Below the pieces are notes generated by a model that saw nothing but the letters and a program-made list of their open reading frames with translations, searched no databases and had not been told where the DNA came from. From NCBI GenBank assembly GCA_000165345.1, contig CM000433.1, forward strand, positions 512,001-576,000: a stretch of 64,000 nucleotides of DNA, in the 5' to 3' direction. Of this stretch, positions 50,481 through 59,676 are shown piece by piece. Each line of letters starts with the position of its first letter. Position 1 is the first letter of the stretch. Position numbers and translations under genes: made by a program.

Positions 50481-51587
50481 TCACTTTGGAATCTGGATTG
50501 TACTAAGATTACTATTATTTTTACTTGACAAGTACGAAAATGATGGATCTAAAAGCATGATATTCTGGTTGATATTATTAATTAGTGCCGGATGATATTG
50601 GTTACTTGGTTGGTTGTTAAAGTATAATGGTACATTATAATATGGCATATTTGCTAAATTAAAGTATGAATCTGGGTTTAACATTATCTTTGGTATTTCT
50701 GGCAAGAGTACTTGGGATAATGTAGGGGATGATGATGATGCGGTAGAAGACCATGATTGATTAAGATTTGTGCTTTTACTCTGACTCTGATGATTAAATT
50801 GTATTATTTGATGTATTAATGAAGTATCAAAACCTACATTCTCTACTTTACTTTGAGATGTAGTAGCCTTTTTCAAGTCATCGTTGCTCTCCTGTAGAAA
50901 ATCATTACTATTATCAAGAGCCACGACATTCTTCTCAGCACTTACTACTTCTTGTTTCTCAAAGATTTCTGTTGCTGCTGTTGCAAGCAAATATAGGTAA
51001 GAAGAAGAGGGTAGATGGTAGTCCTTATGGCTACTTTTCATATCTAAGTCTGAAAAGTTATTTTCAAATTTGAATACAAAATTTGGTGAAACCTCTGGAG
51101 ATACTGGGGAAGATGATGAGTCAATATTATTATAATGGCCTTTCAATGAGGAGTATTTGACACTAGAAATGGATGGAGGCGAATGATTTGCAGCATTATT
51201 GTTACTTGCTGTAACATTTCTTTCTATCAAATTTTCACTATATAGTTCATTCTTAAGCGAAGCAAGTCTTTTATTACTTGTTACTGATGGCGAGTTTTGC
51301 TCATTAATCGAAGATCCATTATAGCTTAAGCTCTTTCTACCTCTCTTATTTATAAGTTTCATCTTCCATGGGTCGCTAAAGTCAAAAGGTAGTTTATTAT
51401 TATTATTAATAAATTTGAATGCATCTCTTGCCATATTCCATGCATTCTCTTCCCCGTATTTGTTAAAGGAGTAGGACTTTTGGTGCCTCCCATTTTCCCC
51501 TGAAACACTGGAATTCTTTATTCTGTAGACTAACCGTACCTCATTCTTATTTACCGGTTTATATATTTGAATTGCTCGAGCTTCCAT
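50481..51587 (-). CDS. Putative ApiAP2-type DNA-binding protein: one AP2-like domain near the N-terminus, low-complexity remainder. Coordinates are from the first ATG; the ORF opens at a GTG at 51593.
   Basis: EVRLVYRIK..GRHQKSYSFNKYGEENAWNMARDAFKF resembles the strand-strand-strand-helix AP2 fold (compare GKRKSKYFSVSKYGFEQAK..A). Confidence 0.4.
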   Translation of the reverse strand: MEARAIQIYKPVNKNEVRLVYRIKNSSVSGENGRHQKSYSFNKYGEENAWNMARDAFKFINNNNKLPFDFSDPWKMKLINKRGRKSLSYNGSSINEQNSPSVTSNKRLASLKNELYSENLIERNVTASNNNAANHSPPSISSVKYSSLKGHYNNIDSSSSPVSPEVSPNFVFKFENNFSDLDMKSSHKDYHLPSSSYLYLLATAATEIFEKQEVVSAEKNVVALDNSNDFLQESNDDLKKATTSQSKVENVGFDTSLIHQIIQFNHQSQSKSTNLNQSWSSTASSSSPTLSQVLLPEIPKIMLNPDSYFNLANMPYYNVPLYFNNQPSNQYHPALINNINQNIMLLDPSFSYLSSKNNSNLSTIQIPK

Positions 51588-52325
51588 AAACACACATTAC
51601 AAAACTAAATCTCTCCTTTTAATTCTAATTCTTTAAATATATTCATCAATATTTGCCTACTTTTTGTTTTCCTCTTGATGATTTTTTGCTAACTTAATTT
51701 TTTCTTTTTCAGAATGGTTAAAAGATCTTCTCACTTTGTTCTTTTTTACTTTTTAAATACTACCTGTCTAAGTATATTCAAAGTGGTAGAAGTTTTAAAT
51801 TCTTTATAGCCTCGTGGTGCAAAGAAAATAGAATGTGTGCATGCGTGCACAGTTCAGTCAGGCGGCTATTAAAGTCAGAATGGGACAGCAACAAATATTT
51901 GTTGAAAAATTTGTATACTAATTTTGCTGTCTATGGCAAGCTTTATAATTTTTTTAAAAGATCCCCTTTGACTCCGTTTAAAGCTTACAGGAAAATATTA
52001 TTTACTTATTTTTTTTATTGAAAAATATTTGATTTCCACTCCTTTCTCGTATTTTTTTCTCTTTCACCCATCTTACTCCCTAATTTTAGAAGTATTTTAG
52101 GAAATTAAATTACGCTTTCCTCACTGTCTCCAAAATTATACTAATTTTACATTAATATTAATTATGTGTGCATGCATTTGCACACATTTTAGGAATAATT
52201 ATAATATAAAGTAAAAACGTGGAAACTGAAATAAATCTAAATTGCAAATATTTACTCTTAAAATGTATTACTGGAAACTAATTAAACACCCAATAAACAT
52301 TTTTTGTTTTTTTAAAATATATATT

Positions 52326-53027
52326 TTATTTAATTTTATTAACATGCAAATTAATTTTATATGATATAAAAAACGTGGATAACATAATAACAATCAATAG
52401 AGCCTTTGAGAAATGGTGGAAGAGGAATTCAATAACATTTGCATTGCTCTGCTGAACCTTCTTCTCAATACACCTATTGACCTCTAGAATTCTTTCCTTA
52501 TTACATAATTTCTGATTCAGTTCTATTCCAATAAGTTTGGAATCTTTGTTGTCTTCTGAAAAACAACTCTTTATTGTTTTCCTGCAAAAATCCAAAAGGC
52601 TTTCATCCTGCGCGGCAGAACTGCATGCCTGCACTCTGGCGGGCTCCCCGCACTCCCCAAAAATTGTGCAGAGCTTCTCTGCACAATAGAATTCCCCGCT
52701 TTGGAGAGATGGGTGAGACTTTCCCATGTGTTGGTCATAGGTTTTTTCATCTTGAAATATTTCCCCACAAAATCCGCATTGTCTTTCTCCCGTTGGGTAA
52801 ACTATATTGATTTTTTCTTCATAGTTGAATATGTGGTGTTCTTGGTTGAAAGCACATTCAGGCAGTAAATGCTTTGAGATATCTTTTTTATCTTTTAGAA
52901 GTTTCCTTATTGCATGACTTACTCTTCTGGAGACTTGCCTTGAACAGTTGATATCACAGTATATTTGGGATATCTTTGTTAGAAAAAATAAAATAAGCGC
53001 CAAATGGAATGTTTTAGTATGAGCCAT
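52326..53027 (-). CDS. Hypothetical secreted or type I membrane Cys-rich protein. Coordinates are from the first ATG; the ORF opens at a TTG at 53036.
   Basis: N-terminal signal peptide (MAHTKTFHLALILFFLTKISQIYC), many Cys including CGFCGEIFQDEKTYDQHMGKSH, and a C-terminal hydrophobic segment. Confidence 0.4.
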   Translation of the reverse strand: MAHTKTFHLALILFFLTKISQIYCDINCSRQVSRRVSHAIRKLLKDKKDISKHLLPECAFNQEHHIFNYEEKINIVYPTGERQCGFCGEIFQDEKTYDQHMGKSHPSLQSGEFYCAEKLCTIFGECGEPARVQACSSAAQDESLLDFCRKTIKSCFSEDNKDSKLIGIELNQKLCNKERILEVNRCIEKKVQQSNANVIEFLFHHFSKALLIVIMLSTFFISYKINLHVNKIK

Positions 53028-53971
53028 TCTTTCCAATTTTTATTACTGCTATTGCCTGCTTTTTGAAGTATTTAAACGTAATTTGACTAGTTTGGACTGA
53101 CTAGCTATGCTTTGAATATTATTTATATATGCTCGTAATTAAATCGTTTTTTTTCTTCATATACACCACATTAATATTTTACACAATTAGAGTACGTACG
53201 CACACACTTTCATAGAATTAAATTCACAATAAATATTCAAATAAATTTAAATGCAATAAAGTATAATTATCTATTTCATCAGCATTCCTCTAAATACATA
53301 GAATTATCTGTTTAATTTGGTAAATAGCATTTACAATTCCTTTTAAAAAGAAAATAGTCTGAATTTAAGTCTCTTTTCGATCCTAGAATCTCAAAAAAAT
53401 ATTTCTGTATTGTATATTAAAATTTATTATAAATATTAAAGCCAATGGGATTCGAACCCAGCTGCGCTTTTGCCGTTTCTTTTTTCTGCTCCCTATTACA
53501 ATAAACATGTAATAATAGTTCAAATTACATGCAGCCGGCGGGCGCAAATTGGCGGGAACTGTCTCAAATTTTTATATTATTCAGGTTCGAGCAAGGATTA
53601 GGGAAAGAAAGTGAAAGGAAAGAAGAAAAGGAGGAGATTACACTTTAGACAATTTGGATTAGTTTGAAGAGTAGTTTGCTTATGAGAGGAATTGAGAGAT
53701 TATAGACTGTGTGAGATTTTTCTTTTTTCAAAAACAATACAAATATTAAGTTTTAAGGTTTATTATTAAGTTTTAGTGGTGATTATAACTATTCAAAAGA
53801 AAACAGAATTGGCTAAATAAAGTTTTGACAGAAGATATTTAGGAAAAGTTGGTAGTAATTTGCAACTTTTGAGTACTGTAGTAGTAATTTTCCAAATAAA
53901 CAATTAAGCCAAGTCTTTATTCAATTAGTTAATAAGAACAGTTTACAATTATATTATTATGATGGCTGTAA

Positions 53972-55060
53972 ATGCATTTTAAAGGAGATATATGGAAAGT
54001 TATATTTAAGCACAGAATGCTATTTGTTTCTTTCCTAGTTCTGGGGTTGGCTTTAGTTACATATATATTGATAGGAAGTTATAAGATAAAGTCTGAACCA
54101 GATGATGACAAAGTTATTAGGCAGGTATTTTATAGTCAAAATTATGAAATTAGCAAAGAGGCAGATAAGGAAAGTTGGAATACTATTAGTGGAAATATAT
54201 TGAAGGATTCAGAATTGTATTTATCGATAGTAATTCCAGCTTTTAATGAAGAGGATCGAATTTTAAAGAATTTAAGCTCAATGGTCTATTATATGGAGAG
54301 TAGGAATAGAGAGGATCCAAAGTTTATATATGAAATAATCTTGGTGAATGATGGTGGAAGTGATGATACCTTGAAAATTTGTGAGGATTTTTGGAGACAA
54401 AAAATCCAAAATAAAGAAATAATTGGAGGCAGAATGCGTTTATTATCTAGTCTTGTAAACAAAGGAAAAGGATTTGCTGTCAAAATTGGGGTTATGGCAA
54501 GCCTCGGGAAATATATATTAATGGCAGATGCAGATGGAGCAACTAAAATTGATTGCTTCTCTAAAATGGAGGACATCATTTTAAGTAAAGACGAACAACA
54601 ACAGATTATTTTTGGGTCTAGAAATATAAATGCTTTATCGGAAGACAACGTTTCTAATATTGAGAGAGCTTGGTATCGTCAGATTTTGAATACAGCTTTC
54701 CATAAGATTATGAAAGTTATTATCAATACAAATTTAAATGATACTCAATGTGGGTTTAAGCTCTTCTCAAGGAGATTAGCCAGAGTAATCTTCCCTTCCT
54801 TGCATATTAAAAGATGGGCTTTTGATATTGAAATTGTAATCATTGCCCAAATTCTTAATCTTGAGATTCAACCAGTCAGTGTTGATTGGAAAGAAGTCCA
54901 AGGTTCGAAGTTGTCCGTATTTTCGGACTCCATTAAAATGCTCTTGGATATCCTAATCCTTAAATCATTTTATATTCTTCACATATGGAAAGTCAAAGAT
55001 CATAGTCTATTGGGTAGGCCCTGCGAAAAACCAGTACCTACTTATAGGAAAACCAGCTAA
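53972..55060 (+). CDS. ALG5: Dolichyl-phosphate beta-glucosyltransferase (ALG5, GT2 family)
   Basis: N-terminal TM; LSIVIPAFNEE; LVNDGGSDDT; LMADADGAT; CGFKLFSR. These are the typical ALG5 blocks. Confidence 0.85.
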   Translation: MHFKGDIWKVIFKHRMLFVSFLVLGLALVTYILIGSYKIKSEPDDDKVIRQVFYSQNYEISKEADKESWNTISGNILKDSELYLSIVIPAFNEEDRILKNLSSMVYYMESRNREDPKFIYEIILVNDGGSDDTLKICEDFWRQKIQNKEIIGGRMRLLSSLVNKGKGFAVKIGVMASLGKYILMADADGATKIDCFSKMEDIILSKDEQQQIIFGSRNINALSEDNVSNIERAWYRQILNTAFHKIMKVIINTNLNDTQCGFKLFSRRLARVIFPSLHIKRWAFDIEIVIIAQILNLEIQPVSVDWKEVQGSKLSVFSDSIKMLLDILILKSFYILHIWKVKDHSLLGRPCEKPVPTYRKTS

Positions 55061-55600
55061 AACCCATCATTTTCAAGGAAGAAAACTAAATTAGAGACTC
55101 GTCAGCTCCATTACGCAATTTTGGGCCAAGAGAGACGTAGTAGAGAACAAAAATATATAACATCTAAAAATAAGTCCCTAAAGGGATATCAATTGAGAAA
55201 AGTTATGAAATAAAAGTATCAAAGTAATGAGTAGATTTGCGAAAATGGTGATCTGCTCCCACTAAAGATTCTATTAAAATATACTCCTCAGGCCGTGGTT
55301 GTAACAAGGTATAAGATTTACGGCTTTGCCATTCTCTTCAATAAAAGCAAAAATTGCCTCTCTGACTTTGGCACTCATCATCGAAGATTTAGAACCGGGA
55401 GGATCAATCCAAGTGACTCCCTTGTTCTTGATAAAATTCTCTAAAATAGCTTACGAGACAAACCATTCCTACCCAGTATATTGTCTCTTTATTATTTTGG
55501 TAATAATAATGAAAAACTCCAACATTTAATATTTGATTCTACTTGAATACTAGTATAGTCAATACAAGACAGCTATTAATAGTGGCAATTCAAACAATTA

Positions 55601-55723
55601 GGCGCCCAAAATCGGGCGCCATTATACACAAGCCAAAGCAATATTAGTGGAGCACAAAGCGGTCTGTTCTAACAATTTTTGGCGGGAACTACATGCGAAA
55701 TGAGAATTTCATTTCTGCATGCA
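55601..55723. promoter_or_regulatory. AGGCGCCCAA, GGGCGCC, TTTGGCGGGAA and GCATGC in the convergent ALG5 / aminopeptidase gap
   Basis: Motifs seen directly. Confidence 0.4.
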
Positions 55724-56081
55724 ATTTTATGCTTTTTGAAAAAGGATTACAGTTTTAGCTAGCAATGACATATTGTCAATTTAAGTATCGTCCTAAATGG
55801 CTGTTATCTATGTTTTTTTAAATATTTTTTCAACTTTTCAATTCTAGGTGTAATTAGTTTTAAAATAGGAGTTGACCTTTGTAAAAAAAGTGAATATTCA
55901 AGCTTAGATTTGACAGAGAGAATTCCTTAAGACTTATGAAAAATCCCGATTTTTTCTTCTAATAATCTACCTTTCTATGTTTCTATCCCTCTACTTCAAT
56001 ATTGCGTGACCGAGACTATTCTTTGTTATTAAAAGAAAAGATGAGGCTATTGGCTGAAAAGAGAGCTGTTTGGCAAATTGG

Positions 56082-57656
56082 TCAACATTTTGAGGAAAGC
56101 TCTTTAATAATAGTAACTAAAGTCTTGACGCCAAAGCCATTACCAAAGGTTCCCATTCCAGAACAACCAGCAATATCAATGTGGGCATATTTCACATTCT
56201 TGTCTACAAACTCGCACAAAAAGGCAGCTGAGGTAGAAATTGGGGCCTTTCCTTCAGAAGTATTATTTAGGTCAGCAATTTCAGATTTGACCATTTCTTG
56301 AAATTCTGGGTCTAAAGGTAATTGCCAGAATTTCTCATAAACAGTTTTGCCGCATGTTTGAATCATCTGGAATAATTCGTCATTATTTCCAAGAACAGAA
56401 GCATATCTGCCCTCAAAAAGCCTATAGTTAGCCCCTGTCAATGTAGCTAAATCTATGACAGTCTCGACTTTGAGGTTGCAAGCATAGACAAGGGCATCAG
56501 CTAGAGTGAGTCTTCCCTCTGCGTCAGTATTACCAACTTCAATGGTTTTTCCATTAGAGGCAGTGATAATACACCCTGGTAAATAAGCATCCCTGGAGAC
56601 CAAATTATCACATATTGCTGAAATAAAATGAACTTCAATATTCTCTGGCTTAATTAGCCCAACTGAGAGAGCTGTGCCAAAAACAGCAGCAGCACCTCCC
56701 ATATCTCCCTTCATAAAATGAATCATTTGATGCTTAATATTGTATCCACCAGTATCCATAGTAATTCCCTTACCTACTAAGGCAATTCTCTTTTTAATCT
56801 CTCCCTTTGGTTTATAAGTAAGGTGGACAAATTGAGCTGGGGACTTGCTACCCTGTGCAACAGCTAGAAAAGCTCCCATCTTAAGTTCTTCACATTCTTT
56901 TGGTTGAAGAATCTTTCCTTCAAGCCCAACAGATTTTGCCATACTAATAACTTCTTTTGCCATATTGACTGGGTCACAATAATTTGGAGGAGCAGATGTA
57001 AGATCTCTTGCGAATAATAAACCCCTAGAAACAGATTGAGCATCCAGAACTCTACTATTACAGTCCTTTATAGTATCTTCTGACCTAAGAACAAAGTGAA
57101 TTCTTTCAATCTTCTTTGTTGGTTTCTTTGGCTCAGAGCCTACAATGTTTCCTTTAAATCTCTTTTCAATTGTGTTATCGATTGGAAACTGAGTACAGAA
57201 ATACATAATATCTGAAGATACCACATTATCAAAACCAAGAACAACTGTAAAACTTTGAATATTCTTATTTTTTTTCTGGAATTCATTCATTTGAGTTATC
57301 ATTTTATTGAAAAATACTGGACTTGTTTTCTTATTCTCACCAAATGATATTAACATCAAATACTTAAACGGGTATTTTGGAGGCAAATTCACATGAATTG
57401 TATTATTTTCATCTTTAAGAGATGATTCTTGATTTGCGGTTTCTATAATATCTTTAAGTATTCCATTTAAAATAGTGTCTAAAGATTCATAAAATGAAGG
57501 TATACTTTGCATAATATCTTTATTTGGAACGCATAATACGAGACAGTCCCCTTTTAAGCTTTCGTCATATTTATCTTTTAGGACTGAAAATTCAAATTTT
57601 AATGATTCATTAAATTCCGACATTGGAATGCATTCTGGATGTATTGGATTTACCAT
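56082..57656 (-). CDS. Leucyl aminopeptidase, M17 family. Coordinates are from the first ATG; the ORF opens at a TTG at 57719.
   Basis: VGKGITMDTGGYNIK and the NTDAEGRLTLADALVYA signature of M17 peptidases. Confidence 0.85.
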   Translation of the reverse strand: MVNPIHPECIPMSEFNESLKFEFSVLKDKYDESLKGDCLVLCVPNKDIMQSIPSFYESLDTILNGILKDIIETANQESSLKDENNTIHVNLPPKYPFKYLMLISFGENKKTSPVFFNKMITQMNEFQKKNKNIQSFTVVLGFDNVVSSDIMYFCTQFPIDNTIEKRFKGNIVGSEPKKPTKKIERIHFVLRSEDTIKDCNSRVLDAQSVSRGLLFARDLTSAPPNYCDPVNMAKEVISMAKSVGLEGKILQPKECEELKMGAFLAVAQGSKSPAQFVHLTYKPKGEIKKRIALVGKGITMDTGGYNIKHQMIHFMKGDMGGAAAVFGTALSVGLIKPENIEVHFISAICDNLVSRDAYLPGCIITASNGKTIEVGNTDAEGRLTLADALVYACNLKVETVIDLATLTGANYRLFEGRYASVLGNNDELFQMIQTCGKTVYEKFWQLPLDPEFQEMVKSEIADLNNTSEGKAPISTSAAFLCEFVDKNVKYAHIDIAGCSGMGTFGNGFGVKTLVTIIKELSSKC

Positions 57657-57825
57657 TTTCTCAATTTCTTCAATTCTTCTTGGCTCAAAAATAATCAATT
57701 TTGATGTAACTAAGTCCAACCTTAACTCAGGAAACTATACAAAATTTTTATTGTCTATTAAATACAAAAATTTTAATCACACAAAAATTATTTTTTTTTT
57801 CAAACTTTTCCCACTACTGGCAATG

Positions 57826-57856
57826 TACCGGCATTTGCATACATTTTACCGGTATA
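57826..57856. promoter_or_regulatory. Two copies of TACCGG (TACCGGC and TACCGGT) in the divergent aminopeptidase / PGAM promoter
   Basis: Motifs seen directly. Confidence 0.35.
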
Positions 57857-58358
57857 CAAAAAAATAAGAAAAATAATAATATATAACTAGCAGTTCTCGC
57901 CTAAAGTGAATAAAATAATTAATATAAAAATAAAGTAAAATCTAATACAAATAATATTTTGGCATAATTAGATTTACCGTTTGAATCTAATTTTTTTTTT
58001 TTGGTAAATTTAAGTCAAAGTTAGTATCTTCTAACTAATACTAGTTTTATTTGGTTCTTCTAATTATTCATATTTTCCTCTTTTTTTTATAATCATCGGT
58101 CTGTGACTTAGATATAAACTCAACTACAATTGAAATAAAAAACCAATAAGAAGAGTACTGATTAAAGTATATACAATATTTTATTATATCCAAGGGTTTT
58201 GAGTTGATCACTAGAAATTGGATTTAAAAGTATGTGGCCTTGGTGGCTTTTTTCTTCTTTTAAAGCAAATAATAATACTTAGTAAAAATTCGCAAGTCTA
58301 AACATAGCAAATCAATAATAATAAAAATACTTGATTTCTCAATGTAAATATTGAAAGG

Positions 58359-59456
58359 ATGATGTACAAGAATATGCCAGTAGATCTTGTACTTGTGAGA
58401 CATGGACAAAGTGAAGGTAACTTAGCTCAAAGGTTAGCAAGGCAAGGGGAATTACATACATGGACTGGAGAGTTTCGACGTAGACACAACAGTCAATATA
58501 GACTAACTGATAGAGGAAGAGCACAAGCGAGAATAGCTGGAGAATATATTAAGAACAATATTGGGTTTACTTTTGATAAATGTTTTACTTCAGAATATGT
58601 TAGAGCAATGGAAACTGCAGCAATGTTAGGTCTACCAAATGCATTATGGAATACAGATATATACTTAAGAGAGAGAGATAGAGGAGTATTGGCAAATAAA
58701 ACTCATCAAGAAAGAGTGTTATTGCATCCAGATGAAATGGTCAGGAAGCAGAGAAACGCATTTTATTGGCAACCCTCAGGAGGAGAATCTTTGGCGAATT
58801 TGTGCCTTAGAATTGAAAGAGTACTAGATAATTTGAGTCAAAATTGTGGAGGATTAAGAGTTATAATAGTTTGCCATGGAGGAGTAATTAAAAGTTTTAG
58901 AGCATTGCTTGAGAGTGAGAGAGGGGATGTAAATACTAAGATAAACAAAATTAATAATTGTCAGATTGTTTGGTATACTAGAAGAGATCCAGAAAAAGGT
59001 TCAATAGCGAATTCTTATAATTGGGTAAAGTCTGTATGTCCATGGGATCTTTCCTTATCATCAAACACTTGGAAACATATTCATAGACCAACTTTTACCA
59101 ATGAGGACTTATTACAAATCATTCAAAAAGTTCCCCAATTGGTAAATGCTCCTGTATTAGATATTATGGAGGATTCTGATAACTCAAGTCCGATCGAATT
59201 TTCTCCAAATCATGAAGGAAATAATAGTTCAGTTAAGAAAAATACAACAGCAGAAACAAGCGAAGAACTTTGTGAACATAATTTTAATGCTTCTACTAAT
59301 GGCTCCAAACAAAATATTTCTAATAGTGATTATACAGATGAAGAAATACTGGATGACTCAGATATACAAGAAGACGACGATCTCATTGATTTTAATCCTC
59401 AAATTTTTGTTAGTAAATATTTTAAAGATTACAATACTCAAGATAATATAGACTAA
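58359..59456 (+). CDS. Histidine phosphatase / phosphoglycerate mutase family protein with an acidic C-terminal tail
   Basis: The LVLVRHGQSEGN catalytic RHG motif and a conserved CHGGVI block. Confidence 0.7.
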   Translation: MMYKNMPVDLVLVRHGQSEGNLAQRLARQGELHTWTGEFRRRHNSQYRLTDRGRAQARIAGEYIKNNIGFTFDKCFTSEYVRAMETAAMLGLPNALWNTDIYLRERDRGVLANKTHQERVLLHPDEMVRKQRNAFYWQPSGGESLANLCLRIERVLDNLSQNCGGLRVIIVCHGGVIKSFRALLESERGDVNTKINKINNCQIVWYTRRDPEKGSIANSYNWVKSVCPWDLSLSSNTWKHIHRPTFTNEDLLQIIQKVPQLVNAPVLDIMEDSDNSSPIEFSPNHEGNNSSVKKNTTAETSEELCEHNFNASTNGSKQNISNSDYTDEEILDDSDIQEDDDLIDFNPQIFVSKYFKDYNTQDNID

Positions 59457-59516
59457 GAAAAAACCTACTTAATTCTTCTTTCACTACTTTTTATTATTTG
59501 TTCTTCCCCCCAAGTC

Positions 59517-59575
59517 TGCGCATGCAGTTTGCACATGCATGCATTCTGCCACGTAAGATTGCGCGCGCATCCTAA
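59517..59575. promoter_or_regulatory. GCGCATGCAG, CACATGCATGCAT and GCGCGCGC in the convergent PGAM / PUF gap
   Basis: Motifs seen directly. Confidence 0.35.
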
Positions 59576-59676
59576 ATGAAATTGCATACAAGAATGAAGA
59601 AAAGATAAGTAAATAAATCTGTGAGTATAAATAGAAGCTGTGTGGTAGGGGAACAAAGGAATTAAATTTAATTATG

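Noticed and set aside
53441-53467. An intact tRNA gene at the T-arm-like sequence
   Set aside because: The D-arm and anticodon arm, and an acceptor 5' strand complementary to the 3' strand, are not present on either strand. Only the T-arm and 3' acceptor resemble a tRNA. It is kept as a relic in the findings.
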